Source: a virus (lineage: Duplodnaviria; Caudoviricetes). From it: a stretch of 64,000 bases of DNA. The DNA is taken from the IMG/VR virus record IMGVR_UViG_3300049573_000247, positions 77,155-141,154 of that record; one strand, 5' to 3'. Shown here one piece after another: positions 25,998 through 35,451 of the stretch. The number at the start of each line of letters is the position of its first letter. The stretch's first letter is position 1. A program made the translations under genes and the position numbers. The notes beneath the pieces were generated by a model. It did no database searches and was not told the origin of the DNA. It saw only the letters and a program-made list of their open reading frames with translations.

Positions 25998-27953
25998 GTG
26001 CCTATCGTGTTGCAGCCTGTCGACCAAGTCGCGCACAACCAACTGGCGCAGCGGCTCGCCTGCTGGGCCCAAACGCCTGACGGCCTGACCGACATGGCGC
26101 TCATCTACCAGTCGTGTTGCGTCTCGCCGACCGGTCAGACCATCGGCCGATGGGTCGTACCCGAAGATCTCTGCGACGTCTACGGACCGTTCAACTTCAC
26201 CGCCAACGAAGGCGACGTCATCCCGTGCCCGCCCACGGGATCAGCGGAGTACGTCAACTACTACATCTACGACGACGACGTCCACGACATCGACCCCAAC
26301 ACGTGCATCGAGGTCGTCCTCGCCGCGCCGACCAGTCTCGCGTCGCCAACCCAAGGCCCGGACACCGTTGACCTCACCTGGAATGCGGTCGCTGGAGCTG
26401 ACACGTACGTCGTGCGGTGGTCGATAGCCGGTGCAGGCGAATGGACCGAATCTGCGCCCACGGCATCGACGAGCATCGAGATCGGTGGACTCACCGACGA
26501 GACCTCCTACGACTTCCAGGTGCAGGCACTGGCAGTAGGAGCGGTGGATTCTCCATGGTCAGCGACGTTCACGCAAGAGACCACGTCGCTTGGCGAACTC
26601 GTAGCGCCCACCGGTGTCGCAGCACCATCGTCTACCGGCACCACTATCGATGTCACCTGGAACGAGGTCGAGAACGCGACCTCGTACACCGTGGAGTGGT
26701 CACCGACTGGCGCGGGCACGTGGACGCCCGCGACCAGCGCTGACACGACGTACACGATCACGGGACTGGACCTCGGTACCTCATATGACATCCGGGTCAA
26801 GGCGACCGCTCCCGGCTGGACTGATTCGCCCTATTCGACGCCGATCGTCGGCTCGACCGAAGAGCAGCTCGCGACCGTGACTGGGCTCGCGTCGCCTTCG
26901 CAGACCGGTACCACGGTGGTGCTCACCTGGGATGACTTGCCCGAGGCCACCACCTACGTGGTGCGTCATTCGCCTGCAGGTGCGGGCACGTGGACGGAAT
27001 TGGCGCCCGTGGGCACCGATGGCGCGACAGTCACCGGGCTGAGCGCGGGAACCAGCTATGACTTCCAGGTCAAAGCACAGGCCGAGGACTTCGTCGACTC
27101 TGAGTGGACAGCGTCGCTCACGCAGTCGACTGCTGCCGCGCTGGGCACGCCCGTGGTCACCAGTCCAGCTCAGACCGATACCAGCGTGAGCCTGTCGTGG
27201 GCCGCGATTCCGAACGCCACCTCCTACACCGTGCAGTCGGCGCCGACCGCTGGCGGCCAGTGGGAAGCTCTCGTGCCCGACCCGACCGGGACGACCGCAA
27301 CGGTGACGGGCTTGACGGCTGGCACCTCTTACAAGTTCCGCGTCATCGCGCACGCGAGCGGATGGGCCGACTCCGCTTGGTCAGCCGAGTTGACTCAGGC
27401 CACCGAAGCGGCGCTGCTCGCCCCGGCGAACCTGGCGGCGGGTACTCCGACGACCACGACGGTGCCCCTGTCATGGGACGCAGCCGTGAACGCCGACACC
27501 TACACCGTGGCCTGGTCGCCTGCCGGAGCGGGAGTCTGGACCGAGATCCCGATGATCGCGGGCACGAGCACGACCGTTACCGGCTTGACCGTTGGCACGC
27601 TCTACGACTTCCGGATCAAGTCCGTGGCGACCGGATTCGCCGATTCCGGATGGTCGGCCACGATCACCGACAGCACCGCCATCGACGCTCCCACCGGACT
27701 CGCTGCTGGGACGGTCACCTCGACCAGTGTCGCCCTGAGCTGGAACGCCGTCACTAACGCCGATTCCTATCGCGTCCGGTGGTCACCTGCGGGGGCAGGA
27801 ACGTGGACGCAGCTGCCGACGACGACCAACCTCACCGACACGGTCACGGGGTTGACGCCCAGCACTTCATATGACTTCCAGGTGAAGGCGATCAGCAACA
27901 CGCTGACCGACTCGGCCTGGTCCGCCACGCTCACGCAGGCCACTACCGCCTAG
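25998..27953 (+). CDS. Cys-rich N-domain plus 6 FN3 domains
   Basis: Six FN3 repeats; N-terminal 105 aa paralogous to the next gene. Confidence 0.85.
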   Translation: MPIVLQPVDQVAHNQLAQRLACWAQTPDGLTDMALIYQSCCVSPTGQTIGRWVVPEDLCDVYGPFNFTANEGDVIPCPPTGSAEYVNYYIYDDDVHDIDPNTCIEVVLAAPTSLASPTQGPDTVDLTWNAVAGADTYVVRWSIAGAGEWTESAPTASTSIEIGGLTDETSYDFQVQALAVGAVDSPWSATFTQETTSLGELVAPTGVAAPSSTGTTIDVTWNEVENATSYTVEWSPTGAGTWTPATSADTTYTITGLDLGTSYDIRVKATAPGWTDSPYSTPIVGSTEEQLATVTGLASPSQTGTTVVLTWDDLPEATTYVVRHSPAGAGTWTELAPVGTDGATVTGLSAGTSYDFQVKAQAEDFVDSEWTASLTQSTAAALGTPVVTSPAQTDTSVSLSWAAIPNATSYTVQSAPTAGGQWEALVPDPTGTTATVTGLTAGTSYKFRVIAHASGWADSAWSAELTQATEAALLAPANLAAGTPTTTTVPLSWDAAVNADTYTVAWSPAGAGVWTEIPMIAGTSTTVTGLTVGTLYDFRIKSVATGFADSGWSATITDSTAIDAPTGLAAGTVTSTSVALSWNAVTNADSYRVRWSPAGAGTWTQLPTTTNLTDTVTGLTPSTSYDFQVKAISNTLTDSAWSATLTQATTA

Positions 27954-27967
27954 ACAGGAGAAACGCC

Positions 27968-28855
27968 ATGCCTATCGTGCTACAGCCGATCGACCAGACG
28001 GCCAAAGCGGAACTCGCGCAGCAGCTCGCCTGCTGGGCGCGTGCCGCCAACGGCCTGACCGACGTCGCGGTCCAGTACGGCACCTGCTGTGTCTCGCCGA
28101 CCGGCGAAACGCTGGGTCGTTGGACTATTCCCAACGACCTGTGCACCACGTACGGGCCGTTGCCATTCACGGGCAACAACGGCGAGGAAATCGTTTGCCC
28201 GCCTGTCGGTTCCGCCGAGTACGTGTCGTACTACATCTACGACGAAGACGTCGACCCGATCGACGTGGACACCTGCACGCCGTTGGTCGCGCTCGCCGCG
28301 CCGACCGCGCTCGCGGCCGGAACGCCGACCGACACCACCATTCCGCTGACGTGGACCGGGTCGGCCAACGCCAACGCCTACCTGGTGTCGTACTCGTCGG
28401 ACTCGGGCACCACGTGGCTGGAGGTGCAGGCGAGCGGATCGCCATTCACCCTGACCGGGTTGACGCCCGAGACGGACTACACCATCCGCATCCGTGCGCT
28501 CGACACCACGAATTCGTTCGCGAAGTCCCCGTGGACGACCACGGTCACCGCGACCACCGAATCGTCGCTGCCTGAGCTTGCCGTCCCAGCGAACCTCGCG
28601 ACCGGCACCATGACTGCGACGACGGCGCCGCTCACGTGGGACGCGGTCACGAACGCGGTGGACTACCACGTCCAGTACAAGGCGACAGCGTCGCCGACGT
28701 GGCTGGACTGGACGCCTGACCCGGCCACGCCGTCGACCACGGTCACCGGCCTGGTCACCGCCACCTCGTACGACTTCCGCGTGCGGGCCAACGCCGACAA
28801 CATCTCGTTCTCCGACTCCGACTACAGCGCTGTGGTCACTGACACCACCGCGTAA
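27968..28855 (+). CDS. Cys-rich N-domain plus 2 FN3 domains
   Basis: Shares MPIVLQP.DQ...LACWA...CCVSPTG with the previous gene. Confidence 0.85.
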   Translation: MPIVLQPIDQTAKAELAQQLACWARAANGLTDVAVQYGTCCVSPTGETLGRWTIPNDLCTTYGPLPFTGNNGEEIVCPPVGSAEYVSYYIYDEDVDPIDVDTCTPLVALAAPTALAAGTPTDTTIPLTWTGSANANAYLVSYSSDSGTTWLEVQASGSPFTLTGLTPETDYTIRIRALDTTNSFAKSPWTTTVTATTESSLPELAVPANLATGTMTATTAPLTWDAVTNAVDYHVQYKATASPTWLDWTPDPATPSTTVTGLVTATSYDFRVRANADNISFSDSDYSAVVTDTTA

Positions 28856-28861
28856 GCAACT

Positions 28862-28905
28862 AGAAGATGCCCGGTCTCACTCCATGAGGGGAACCGGGCA
28901 TCTTC
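28862..28905. terminator. 14-bp hairpin
   Basis: AGAAGATGCCCGGT ... ACCGGGCATCTTCT. Confidence 0.65.
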
Positions 28906-28938
28906 TGATTCCACACTTACATCCCTTTGGAGGGTTCC

Positions 28939-29691
28939 ATGCCCAGCATCAAGTGGTATCCGGACCGGACAGTCCCACGCAAGGGCAAAGCGCGCGTTCT
29001 CGACGTTCCGCAAGCGTATGTGTTGGCGCTCGGCGACGGCACCACGTTCCCCAAAGACCTCGATGACGTCTACCCACACACTTACGCGGCGGCAGGCCCG
29101 TACGCACTGTCGGTCGTTCGCATCGGCGAAACCGAACCGGCAGCGACGCTGCTGCTGAACGTCCTCGACGCCGTCGTACCGAACGTGTCCATCACGTCGC
29201 CGCCGAACTCCCAGACCATCCGGGTGACGTTCCTCGACCCGGAGATGCCAGTAGTCGGCCGGTACACGGTCGACTGGACGCCAACGGAGAGCCAGGACGT
29301 GCTCGCCGAACCCGACAAGTATGTCGAGCGGCTGTTCACGCCGGGCACCTATCCGATCCGCGTGACCGACCACTGGTCGGCACTATCGGTGGTGCAGGAC
29401 GTCGTGGTGGCACCGGTGACTGCCGATCCGGGTTTTAGCCTCGCCGAGGACACCTCCGATCCCGGCCGCATGACGGTGCAGCTGGAAGTCGTGACGGTGG
29501 CTTCGGCGCAGCCCGGAGACACACTGCTCGTCGACTGGGGTGACGGCAACACTGACACCATCGACGCCACGGTCAGCACGATGATTTCGCACGCGTACGC
29601 CTACGACGACGAGTACATGGTCGAGTTGTCGTACACCGACGCCCCCGAGATGAGCACCGTCGAGTTCGTTTGGCTGCCGTTCGACGCCTAG
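28939..29691 (+). CDS. protein of three PKD-like domains
   Basis: LGDG...HTYAAAGPY, VDW...PGTYPIRV, VDWGDG...HAY..D.EY; GGAGG RBS. Confidence 0.8.
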   Translation: MPSIKWYPDRTVPRKGKARVLDVPQAYVLALGDGTTFPKDLDDVYPHTYAAAGPYALSVVRIGETEPAATLLLNVLDAVVPNVSITSPPNSQTIRVTFLDPEMPVVGRYTVDWTPTESQDVLAEPDKYVERLFTPGTYPIRVTDHWSALSVVQDVVVAPVTADPGFSLAEDTSDPGRMTVQLEVVTVASAQPGDTLLVDWGDGNTDTIDATVSTMISHAYAYDDEYMVELSYTDAPEMSTVEFVWLPFDA

Positions 29692-29705
29692 CGTTTGAGA
29701 TGAGG

Positions 29706-29736
29706 GAGCGGCCCTGCCTGTTCGTCAGGGCCGCTT
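29706..29736. terminator. hairpin between convergent PKD gene and tRNA-Met
   Basis: GAGCGGCCCTG ... CAGGGCCGCTT. Confidence 0.6.
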
Positions 29737-29738
29737 CG

Positions 29739-29812
29739 TCGCGGAGGCGGGATTTGAACCCGCGACCTTCAGGTTATGAGCCTGTTGAGCTACCGAACTG
29801 CTCTACTCCGCA
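29739..29812 (-). tRNA. tRNA-Met (CAT), initiator-like, no encoded CCA
   Basis: TGCGGAG/CTCCGCG acceptor, GAGC/GCTC D stem with A11-T24, CAGG-CTCATAA-CCTG, GCGGG-TTCAAAT-CCCGC. Confidence 0.9.
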
Positions 29813-29982
29813 TTGGTGTCGCTTCTCCTACCGATGGCGCAGACGCGGCATTGTCTTGGTCGGGCTCGCTCAGCGCATCCATGGCGCCCGTTGGCGTCGA
29901 GCGGAACGAGTGCACTCCCATCAGACCATGTATACCAGTTTCATGATCTATAGTCTATATGTCTGGTTTGGGGGGGTGTCCT

Positions 29983-32052
29983 GTGGCTATCGTCGAGTAC
30001 AGCGACCTGTTCTGGTTCCCCTCAGGCGCCATCGCCGCCGACGTCCCTGCCCGGGTCTTCCTCATCGACGACAACGTCTTCGCTGACCTCTACACCGACG
30101 CCACCGGCACGACCCCGTTGCCGAACCCGCTCAACACCGCCGCAGACGGGACCTTGACGTTCTGGGCCGAAGAAGGCCCCTACTGGCTCCACATCGACGA
30201 CGAGACCTTCCGCATCCACGTCGGCCCCGACCCCGCAGGACCGTTCCTGCCGCTGACCGGTGGCACGCTCACCGGCGATCTCACCCTCGCCGCCAACCCC
30301 GACCAACCGCTCGAAGCCGCCACCAAACAATACGTCGACGCTGGCGACGCCACCACCCTCGCCAGCGCGGAAACGTACGCGGACAGCGGGGACGCGTTGA
30401 AGGTGTCGAAGGCCGGGGACACCATGACCGGTGATCTCGTGCTGGCCGGGAACCCTGACCAGCCCCTGGAGGCGACGCCGAAGCAGTACGTCGATGCCGG
30501 GGACAGTGCGACGTTGACGGCGGCGCAGACCTACGCGGACACGCAGGACAACGCGCGGGTCGCGGTCGCGGGCGACACGATGACCGGTGATCTGATCCTT
30601 GCCGGTGATCCGACGCAGCCGCTGGAAGCGGCCACGAAGCAGTACGTTGACGCTGGTGATGCGGCGACGCTGACCGCTGCCGATGCTGCTGCTGACGCGG
30701 GTGATGCGGCGACGTTGGCGTCGGCGCAGTCGTTCGCGACGGCCGGGGACGCGACTCGGGTGTCGAAGGCCGGGGACACCATGACCGGTGATCTCGTGCT
30801 GGCCGGGAACCCTGACCAGCCCCTGGAGGCGACGCCGAAGCAGTACGTCGATGCCGGAGATGCTTCGACGTTGACGGCCGCACAGACCTACGCGGACACG
30901 CAGGACAACGCCAGGGTTGCGGTCGCGGGCGACACAATGACCGGTGACCTGGTCCTCGTCGGCGATCCAACGCAGCCGCTGGAAGCGGCCACGAAGCAGT
31001 ACGTCGACGCCGCCGACGCCGCGACGCTGGCGAGCGCGGAAACGTACGCGGACGCCGGGGACTCGACGCGGGTGGCGAAGGCCGGTGACACGATGACGGG
31101 CCCGCTCACGATCACCTATGGCGATTTCAGCATGAGTGTCGCCCACGACCTGTCGGTGGCGTCTTCCACCGGCATTGTGCACCCGTCGGCTCCGATTACC
31201 CAAGCTGGTCCCACCTCGGTGAACATTCCTGCTGGGGTGGCGCAGTTCGTCGACCACACGCCGATCACCGATTACTTCACAAGTGTGGAATATGGTCCTG
31301 TCACCGTCTCGCTGGATGATCCCACTGACCCGGTCACCTATTTCATGGTGGACTCTACCGGCGCCATCGTGCAGAACGCGGGCGTTCCGACCCGAACTCA
31401 GCGCCGTCAGTTCGCGATCCTGGGGCGTGCCGTCGTGATCGGCGGCGTCATCGTGAGCGTCCAGGACTCCCCGATCCTTGCCGCACATCCCATGGCGTTC
31501 GCGTACGACATGCTCAACGCGCTCGGTGACATTCGTGTCGACGGTATCCGCGCCAGCCCGATCGCCGCGAGCATGACGTTCAGTTTGACCGGTGGCAACA
31601 TTTTCAACCCGGGCGCGAACTACACGGTCGATCCCGATGACCCGAACGTGTCGCCGTTCAATGCCGTCTCACCGGCCGCGTTCCGGTACGTCACGCAGTC
31701 GGGCGTGGTCGGGACGTTCCGTACCACCATCGACCCGACCATCTACGACGTCGGGGGCACTGTGACCGCTGTCGGTGGCGGCTCGGGTACCGCCACTATC
31801 CAACGCGTCCACTGCTTCCCCACCCAGAATGTGTTCATCCAGCTGGGCCAGTCCACGTACTCCAGCCTCGCTGCTGCCGTTGACGCGCTCGCGGTCGGAG
31901 ACGCCCCCAGCTTCGTGACCCACCCCGACCTGCGCGGCGGCGGTGTCCGGACCGCGTTCATCGTCACCACTCGGACCGCCACCAACCTGGCTGACACCAC
32001 AAGCTGCCGTGTACTGCGCGCGACCCGGCTCGGCGATCCCGGCGGGATATAG
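29983..32052 (+). CDS. virion fibre protein with GDTMTGDL.L...P.QPLEA..KQYVD repeats
   Basis: Five repeat units; N-terminal NPL.T...G...FWA domain; probable start GTG 29983. Confidence 0.8.
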   Translation: MAIVEYSDLFWFPSGAIAADVPARVFLIDDNVFADLYTDATGTTPLPNPLNTAADGTLTFWAEEGPYWLHIDDETFRIHVGPDPAGPFLPLTGGTLTGDLTLAANPDQPLEAATKQYVDAGDATTLASAETYADSGDALKVSKAGDTMTGDLVLAGNPDQPLEATPKQYVDAGDSATLTAAQTYADTQDNARVAVAGDTMTGDLILAGDPTQPLEAATKQYVDAGDAATLTAADAAADAGDAATLASAQSFATAGDATRVSKAGDTMTGDLVLAGNPDQPLEATPKQYVDAGDASTLTAAQTYADTQDNARVAVAGDTMTGDLVLVGDPTQPLEAATKQYVDAADAATLASAETYADAGDSTRVAKAGDTMTGPLTITYGDFSMSVAHDLSVASSTGIVHPSAPITQAGPTSVNIPAGVAQFVDHTPITDYFTSVEYGPVTVSLDDPTDPVTYFMVDSTGAIVQNAGVPTRTQRRQFAILGRAVVIGGVIVSVQDSPILAAHPMAFAYDMLNALGDIRVDGIRASPIAASMTFSLTGGNIFNPGANYTVDPDDPNVSPFNAVSPAAFRYVTQSGVVGTFRTTIDPTIYDVGGTVTAVGGGSGTATIQRVHCFPTQNVFIQLGQSTYSSLAAAVDALAVGDAPSFVTHPDLRGGGVRTAFIVTTRTATNLADTTSCRVLRATRLGDPGGI
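30403..31020 (+). repeat. near-identical 357-bp-period duplication in the fibre gene
   Basis: GTGTCGAAGGCCGGGGACACCATGACCGGTGATCTCGTGCTGGCCGGGAACCCTGACCAGCCCCTGGAGG at about 30403 and 30760. Confidence 0.85.
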
Positions 32053-32060
32053 GAGGCACC

Positions 32061-32900
32061 ATGCCAGTCATCAACCCACAGGCTCAGGTCCCTGAGAGTG
32101 AGGCGGGCGCCCTGTATCCGTGCGAGCCGTGGCCGATCGACCCGGTGTGCTGTCCTGGGTGGCCTGCAGACCAAGCGGACTGGGATGAAGCGCACTTCGA
32201 GGCGCAGTGGCTCGCTACCGTCGAGCTGTGGCGTGCCGTGGCCGGAGTGATCGGTCTGTGCCGCACCACCGAGCTGCCTTGCCTTGACCGATGCGTGGCC
32301 CGCCCATTGGAATCGGCGTGGATGTACCCCTACCGAGATGTCAACGGCGCCTGGTTCAACTCCAAATGCGGATGCCGCGACACCTGCTCGTGCACGCAGC
32401 TGTGCACCGTCACACTCCAGGGACCGGTCTACCAGATCGAATCAGTTACCGTCGATGGCGTCACGCTGGAGTCGGATCAGTGGAAGCTCCTGACCGGCAA
32501 CCGGCTCGCCCGCTGTGGTGGCTGCTGGCCCAAATGCCAGGATTTCTGCGCCGAGGACGGCCTGGTCGTCACTTACCTGCGGGGCACGCCACCGGGCCTC
32601 GACGCTATCCGAGCCGCCAGCATTCTCGCTTGCCGCAGGCTCCAGGAATGCCCTCCAGGCGGTGGCGACTGCGGAACGTTGCCCTCTGGTGTCACTAGCA
32701 TCAGTCGTGAAGGATTGAATATGCAGCTGGATTCGACTATCGGCGCGGGCGAAGACGGCGTCATTCATTTCACCGGCATCGCGCGGGTTGATCGATGGAT
32801 CGCTTCGATCAACCCGTATGGCGTCACCTCCAACCCGTCGGTGTGGTCGCCTGACGTCGACACGCCGCAGGTCTGGCGTAGTGGATCGGTGAACCCATGA
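32061..32900 (+). CDS. head-to-tail adaptor (Cys-rich)
   Basis: PC.WP.D..CC, L.GPV..I..V.VDG, WP.CQD, LP..VTSISREG, TGI..VD.WI...NP. Confidence 0.75.
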   Translation: MPVINPQAQVPESEAGALYPCEPWPIDPVCCPGWPADQADWDEAHFEAQWLATVELWRAVAGVIGLCRTTELPCLDRCVARPLESAWMYPYRDVNGAWFNSKCGCRDTCSCTQLCTVTLQGPVYQIESVTVDGVTLESDQWKLLTGNRLARCGGCWPKCQDFCAEDGLVVTYLRGTPPGLDAIRAASILACRRLQECPPGGGDCGTLPSGVTSISREGLNMQLDSTIGAGEDGVIHFTGIARVDRWIASINPYGVTSNPSVWSPDVDTPQVWRSGSVNP

Positions 32901-33121
32901 TCCCCTTGATCGTCAGCCTGGTCTATGTCGTGGCCATGTTGTTCACCGCTCGCATGCTCTACCGCAACGCCGTCACCAGCGGATTCGATGTCACTACCTC
33001 CTCGCGCCTGCTCATGGGCGTCGGCTTCGCATTGATTTACGCGCTGGCGTGGCCGCTGCTCCTGCTGGGTTTGGGGGCGGTGCGCTTCATCGTGCATCGG
33101 GCCAAGGGGGACATCGCGTGA
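32897..33121 (+). CDS. small two-TM membrane protein (holin-like size)
   Basis: ATGA and GTGA overlaps on both sides; hydrophobic. Confidence 0.65.
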   Translation: MIPLIVSLVYVVAMLFTARMLYRNAVTSGFDVTTSSRLLMGVGFALIYALAWPLLLLGLGAVRFIVHRAKGDIA

Positions 33122-33783
33122 ACGTCCTGGATTACCTCGAAAACGAGCTGCTGTCGTGCCTGTGCTCGATGCTGCGCACCGAGGGACGTCCAGCCTGCGA
33201 ATGTCACCACTTTGGGGGCGATGTGCCGCCAGTCGGGGACCGCTGCCAGGCCAACACCGCCGGAGAGAACGGGCAGGTGTGGATCAGGCGCGTCTCGCAG
33301 GCGATCGAGTCCGATCCTGAGGAGATCACGTTCGGTGGCTTCGCATGCGACTCGTCGTGGCAGTCGCAGATCGAACTGGGCATCTATCGGTGTATCACGG
33401 CGATCCCCGACGACAACGGGAACGCCCCGTCCCCGGCATCCTACGACGCCGACCGAGACCTGCTCGCCGCCGACCGGGCGACGCTGGCACGTGTGCTGTG
33501 CTGCTGGCCGCTGGCCGGTGAGGCTCCGGCTCCGGTGGCTTTTGATCTGCCCATTGCCGTTATTGCGGCGCAGATTCTGCCGTTGGGGCCCACGGGGGGA
33601 TGCGCCGGGTCGGTGCTGACGCTGGTCGTCAACGCCGCACTCACCGTCGAAGAGCCAGTGGCGCAGCTGGTTGCCGGTGTCGATGCCGATCCAGGCGATC
33701 CAACGGGCCAGACGGCTGTGGTGACATGGCGAAACGAACTTGCGGAGGAGGTTTTCGTTTCCCGTCCAGCCGGAGGTGGCTGA
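33118..33783 (+). CDS. tail terminator-like protein with C-terminal half-PKD peptide
   Basis: LL.CLC, GQVW.R, ELGIYRC, GP.GGCAG motifs. Confidence 0.7.
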   Translation: MNVLDYLENELLSCLCSMLRTEGRPACECHHFGGDVPPVGDRCQANTAGENGQVWIRRVSQAIESDPEEITFGGFACDSSWQSQIELGIYRCITAIPDDNGNAPSPASYDADRDLLAADRATLARVLCCWPLAGEAPAPVAFDLPIAVIAAQILPLGPTGGCAGSVLTLVVNAALTVEEPVAQLVAGVDADPGDPTGQTAVVTWRNELAEEVFVSRPAGGG

Positions 33784-34289
33784 TGGTCATCCGGATGCGC
33801 GTGACCCGCGTTGACATCAACATGGCTGAAGCCAACCGGTTGCTTAACTCGCCGCAAGGCGAGGTGGCGTCGCTGGTGGTGTTGACCTCGCAGCGGGTGC
33901 GGGCGATGTGCGTTCAGCAGACCCCGGTGCAGGACGGGAACATGAAGGCGAGCTATGGGTTCGCTCTGCGAGTGCGGCCGTTCCGGCACGTCATGGGCCG
34001 GGTCATGAACTTCGATGAGGCGGCGCTGTGGGTGCAGACCGGTACAGGCATCTACGGTAGGCGCGGTCGGCCGATCACCTCGTCTCGTCCTGGGGGTGTG
34101 CTTCGCTGGCCTAACCGGAATCCTGGTCGCGGTAACGTCGGGGACGGGGCGTTCGTGTATCGGCGCAGTGTGCGTGGTCAGCCTGCGAATCCGTTCATGT
34201 TGCGTGGTCTTATTCGGGGGACGTCGGGGCGGCAGCGGTGGGTCATCACGCCGGGTCCGGGGGTGCGGAACATCGGTCCGGGGCCGTGA
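33783..34289 (+). CDS. neck / HK97 gp10-like protein
   Basis: PV..G.M.AS, A..V..GTG.YG...I, V.GQPANPFM.R.L. Confidence 0.7.
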   Translation: MVIRMRVTRVDINMAEANRLLNSPQGEVASLVVLTSQRVRAMCVQQTPVQDGNMKASYGFALRVRPFRHVMGRVMNFDEAALWVQTGTGIYGRRGRPITSSRPGGVLRWPNRNPGRGNVGDGAFVYRRSVRGQPANPFMLRGLIRGTSGRQRWVITPGPGVRNIGPGP

Positions 34290-34344
34290 CACACCGAAAC
34301 GCAAATGTCTGGTTTTGTCGCATTCGTAGGGTTAGATCCTTTAT

Positions 34345-34857
34345 GTGACCGATGATCTGTTTACCTCACGTCCGCTGGCCGATGCCCAGAAGCAGTACGC
34401 CAAGACGAGCCCCACCGCGCAGCCGCAGGCCGGGGTGCAGCCCCAGCGAGCCATCCGGCCCCAGCCGATCCTCGATATGAACCTCGACGATGTCCCCGAG
34501 ACGTCCTACGCCGAGTTCGTGTTCCAGCTCAAGGGGAACATCTACACGCTCGGCATCGAAGACGACAGCGTGCTGTTCGACATTGCCGAGATGAGCATGG
34601 ACGAGGTCAGCCCCACCGAGCTTTTCGAGTACTTCTTCGAGCGCACCTTCCGACGCGCCGTCGACGAGAACGGCGACCCGATCGAGGACGGCCTCGGCGC
34701 GCTCCTTCGCGCCACTGCCGCCCGACCCCGCGACAACTCGCGGCCCGTGCCGCGCCAGCAGCTGCTGCGCATCATGAACACCGCCGTCGAGGACTGGATG
34801 GGTGAACTCACCGACACGAACATGCGGCCCAAGCGCCGCTCCGGACGCCGTCGTTGA
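34345..34857 (+). CDS. tail assembly chaperone, by position
   Basis: First of two genes before the tape measure. Confidence 0.6.
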   Translation: MTDDLFTSRPLADAQKQYAKTSPTAQPQAGVQPQRAIRPQPILDMNLDDVPETSYAEFVFQLKGNIYTLGIEDDSVLFDIAEMSMDEVSPTELFEYFFERTFRRAVDENGDPIEDGLGALLRATAARPRDNSRPVPRQQLLRIMNTAVEDWMGELTDTNMRPKRRSGRRR

Positions 34858-35384
34858 TCTTCTCGTTCGCCACTACCGTCCACATGCCCGGCATCTCGCC
34901 CGACCGCGTGCTGCTGCGCATCGATGATGAGGACTTCGAGCTGCCAGTACCGGGGGTGCAGCGCCTGCTGGACATCGGTGCTTCGTACGGCTGGCGCCAC
35001 CTCATGCCCGACGGACTGGTCACGGCGGACAAGGAGCGCATGTACGAGCGCCTGAAGGACCCTGAGGACTTGATGAGCTGGAAGCGGCTGCACGTCATCG
35101 CGCAGACGCTAGGTCTGTATCTCTACGGTTTCCCCTTCTTCGTGGCCTCCCGTGCGTTGGGCACGCTGCGGCATTACCTCACGTCGTTTCGCATGTGGGC
35201 TGTGTGCAACCTGCGAATCGACCTGTCGACGGCGAGCGCGGCCGATTGGTGTGCAGCGGCGGTGACGTGGCTGGTGCAGACGGGCGACAAGGAGGAGAAG
35301 CGGTTGGAGATGTGGGCGCAGTTGACGACGCCGGGGGTGCTGCCGATGGAAGCGCCTGGGGTGAGTCCGGATTGGATGGCTTAG
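34854..35384 (+). CDS. second tail assembly chaperone-like gene
   Basis: Overlaps the first gene in the -1 frame; precedes the tape measure; start uncertain. Confidence 0.55.
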   Translation: MIFSFATTVHMPGISPDRVLLRIDDEDFELPVPGVQRLLDIGASYGWRHLMPDGLVTADKERMYERLKDPEDLMSWKRLHVIAQTLGLYLYGFPFFVASRALGTLRHYLTSFRMWAVCNLRIDLSTASAADWCAAAVTWLVQTGDKEEKRLEMWAQLTTPGVLPMEAPGVSPDWMA

Positions 35385-35451
35385 CCAAGCCCAAGACGTA
35401 CCATAATACCCGTATGCCCGATTTGTGATCTAATGAGAGCTTGGGGGGGTT

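Noticed and set aside
29813-29930. Hammerhead or HDV-like ribozyme next to the tRNAs
   Set aside because: CTGATGG is not the CTGANGA core, no matching GAAA, and I could not build the nested pseudoknot.
34800-34860. Tail chaperone -1 frameshift
   Set aside because: The second gene is in the -1 frame, but I find no X XXY YYZ heptamer in the short open overlap after 34806.
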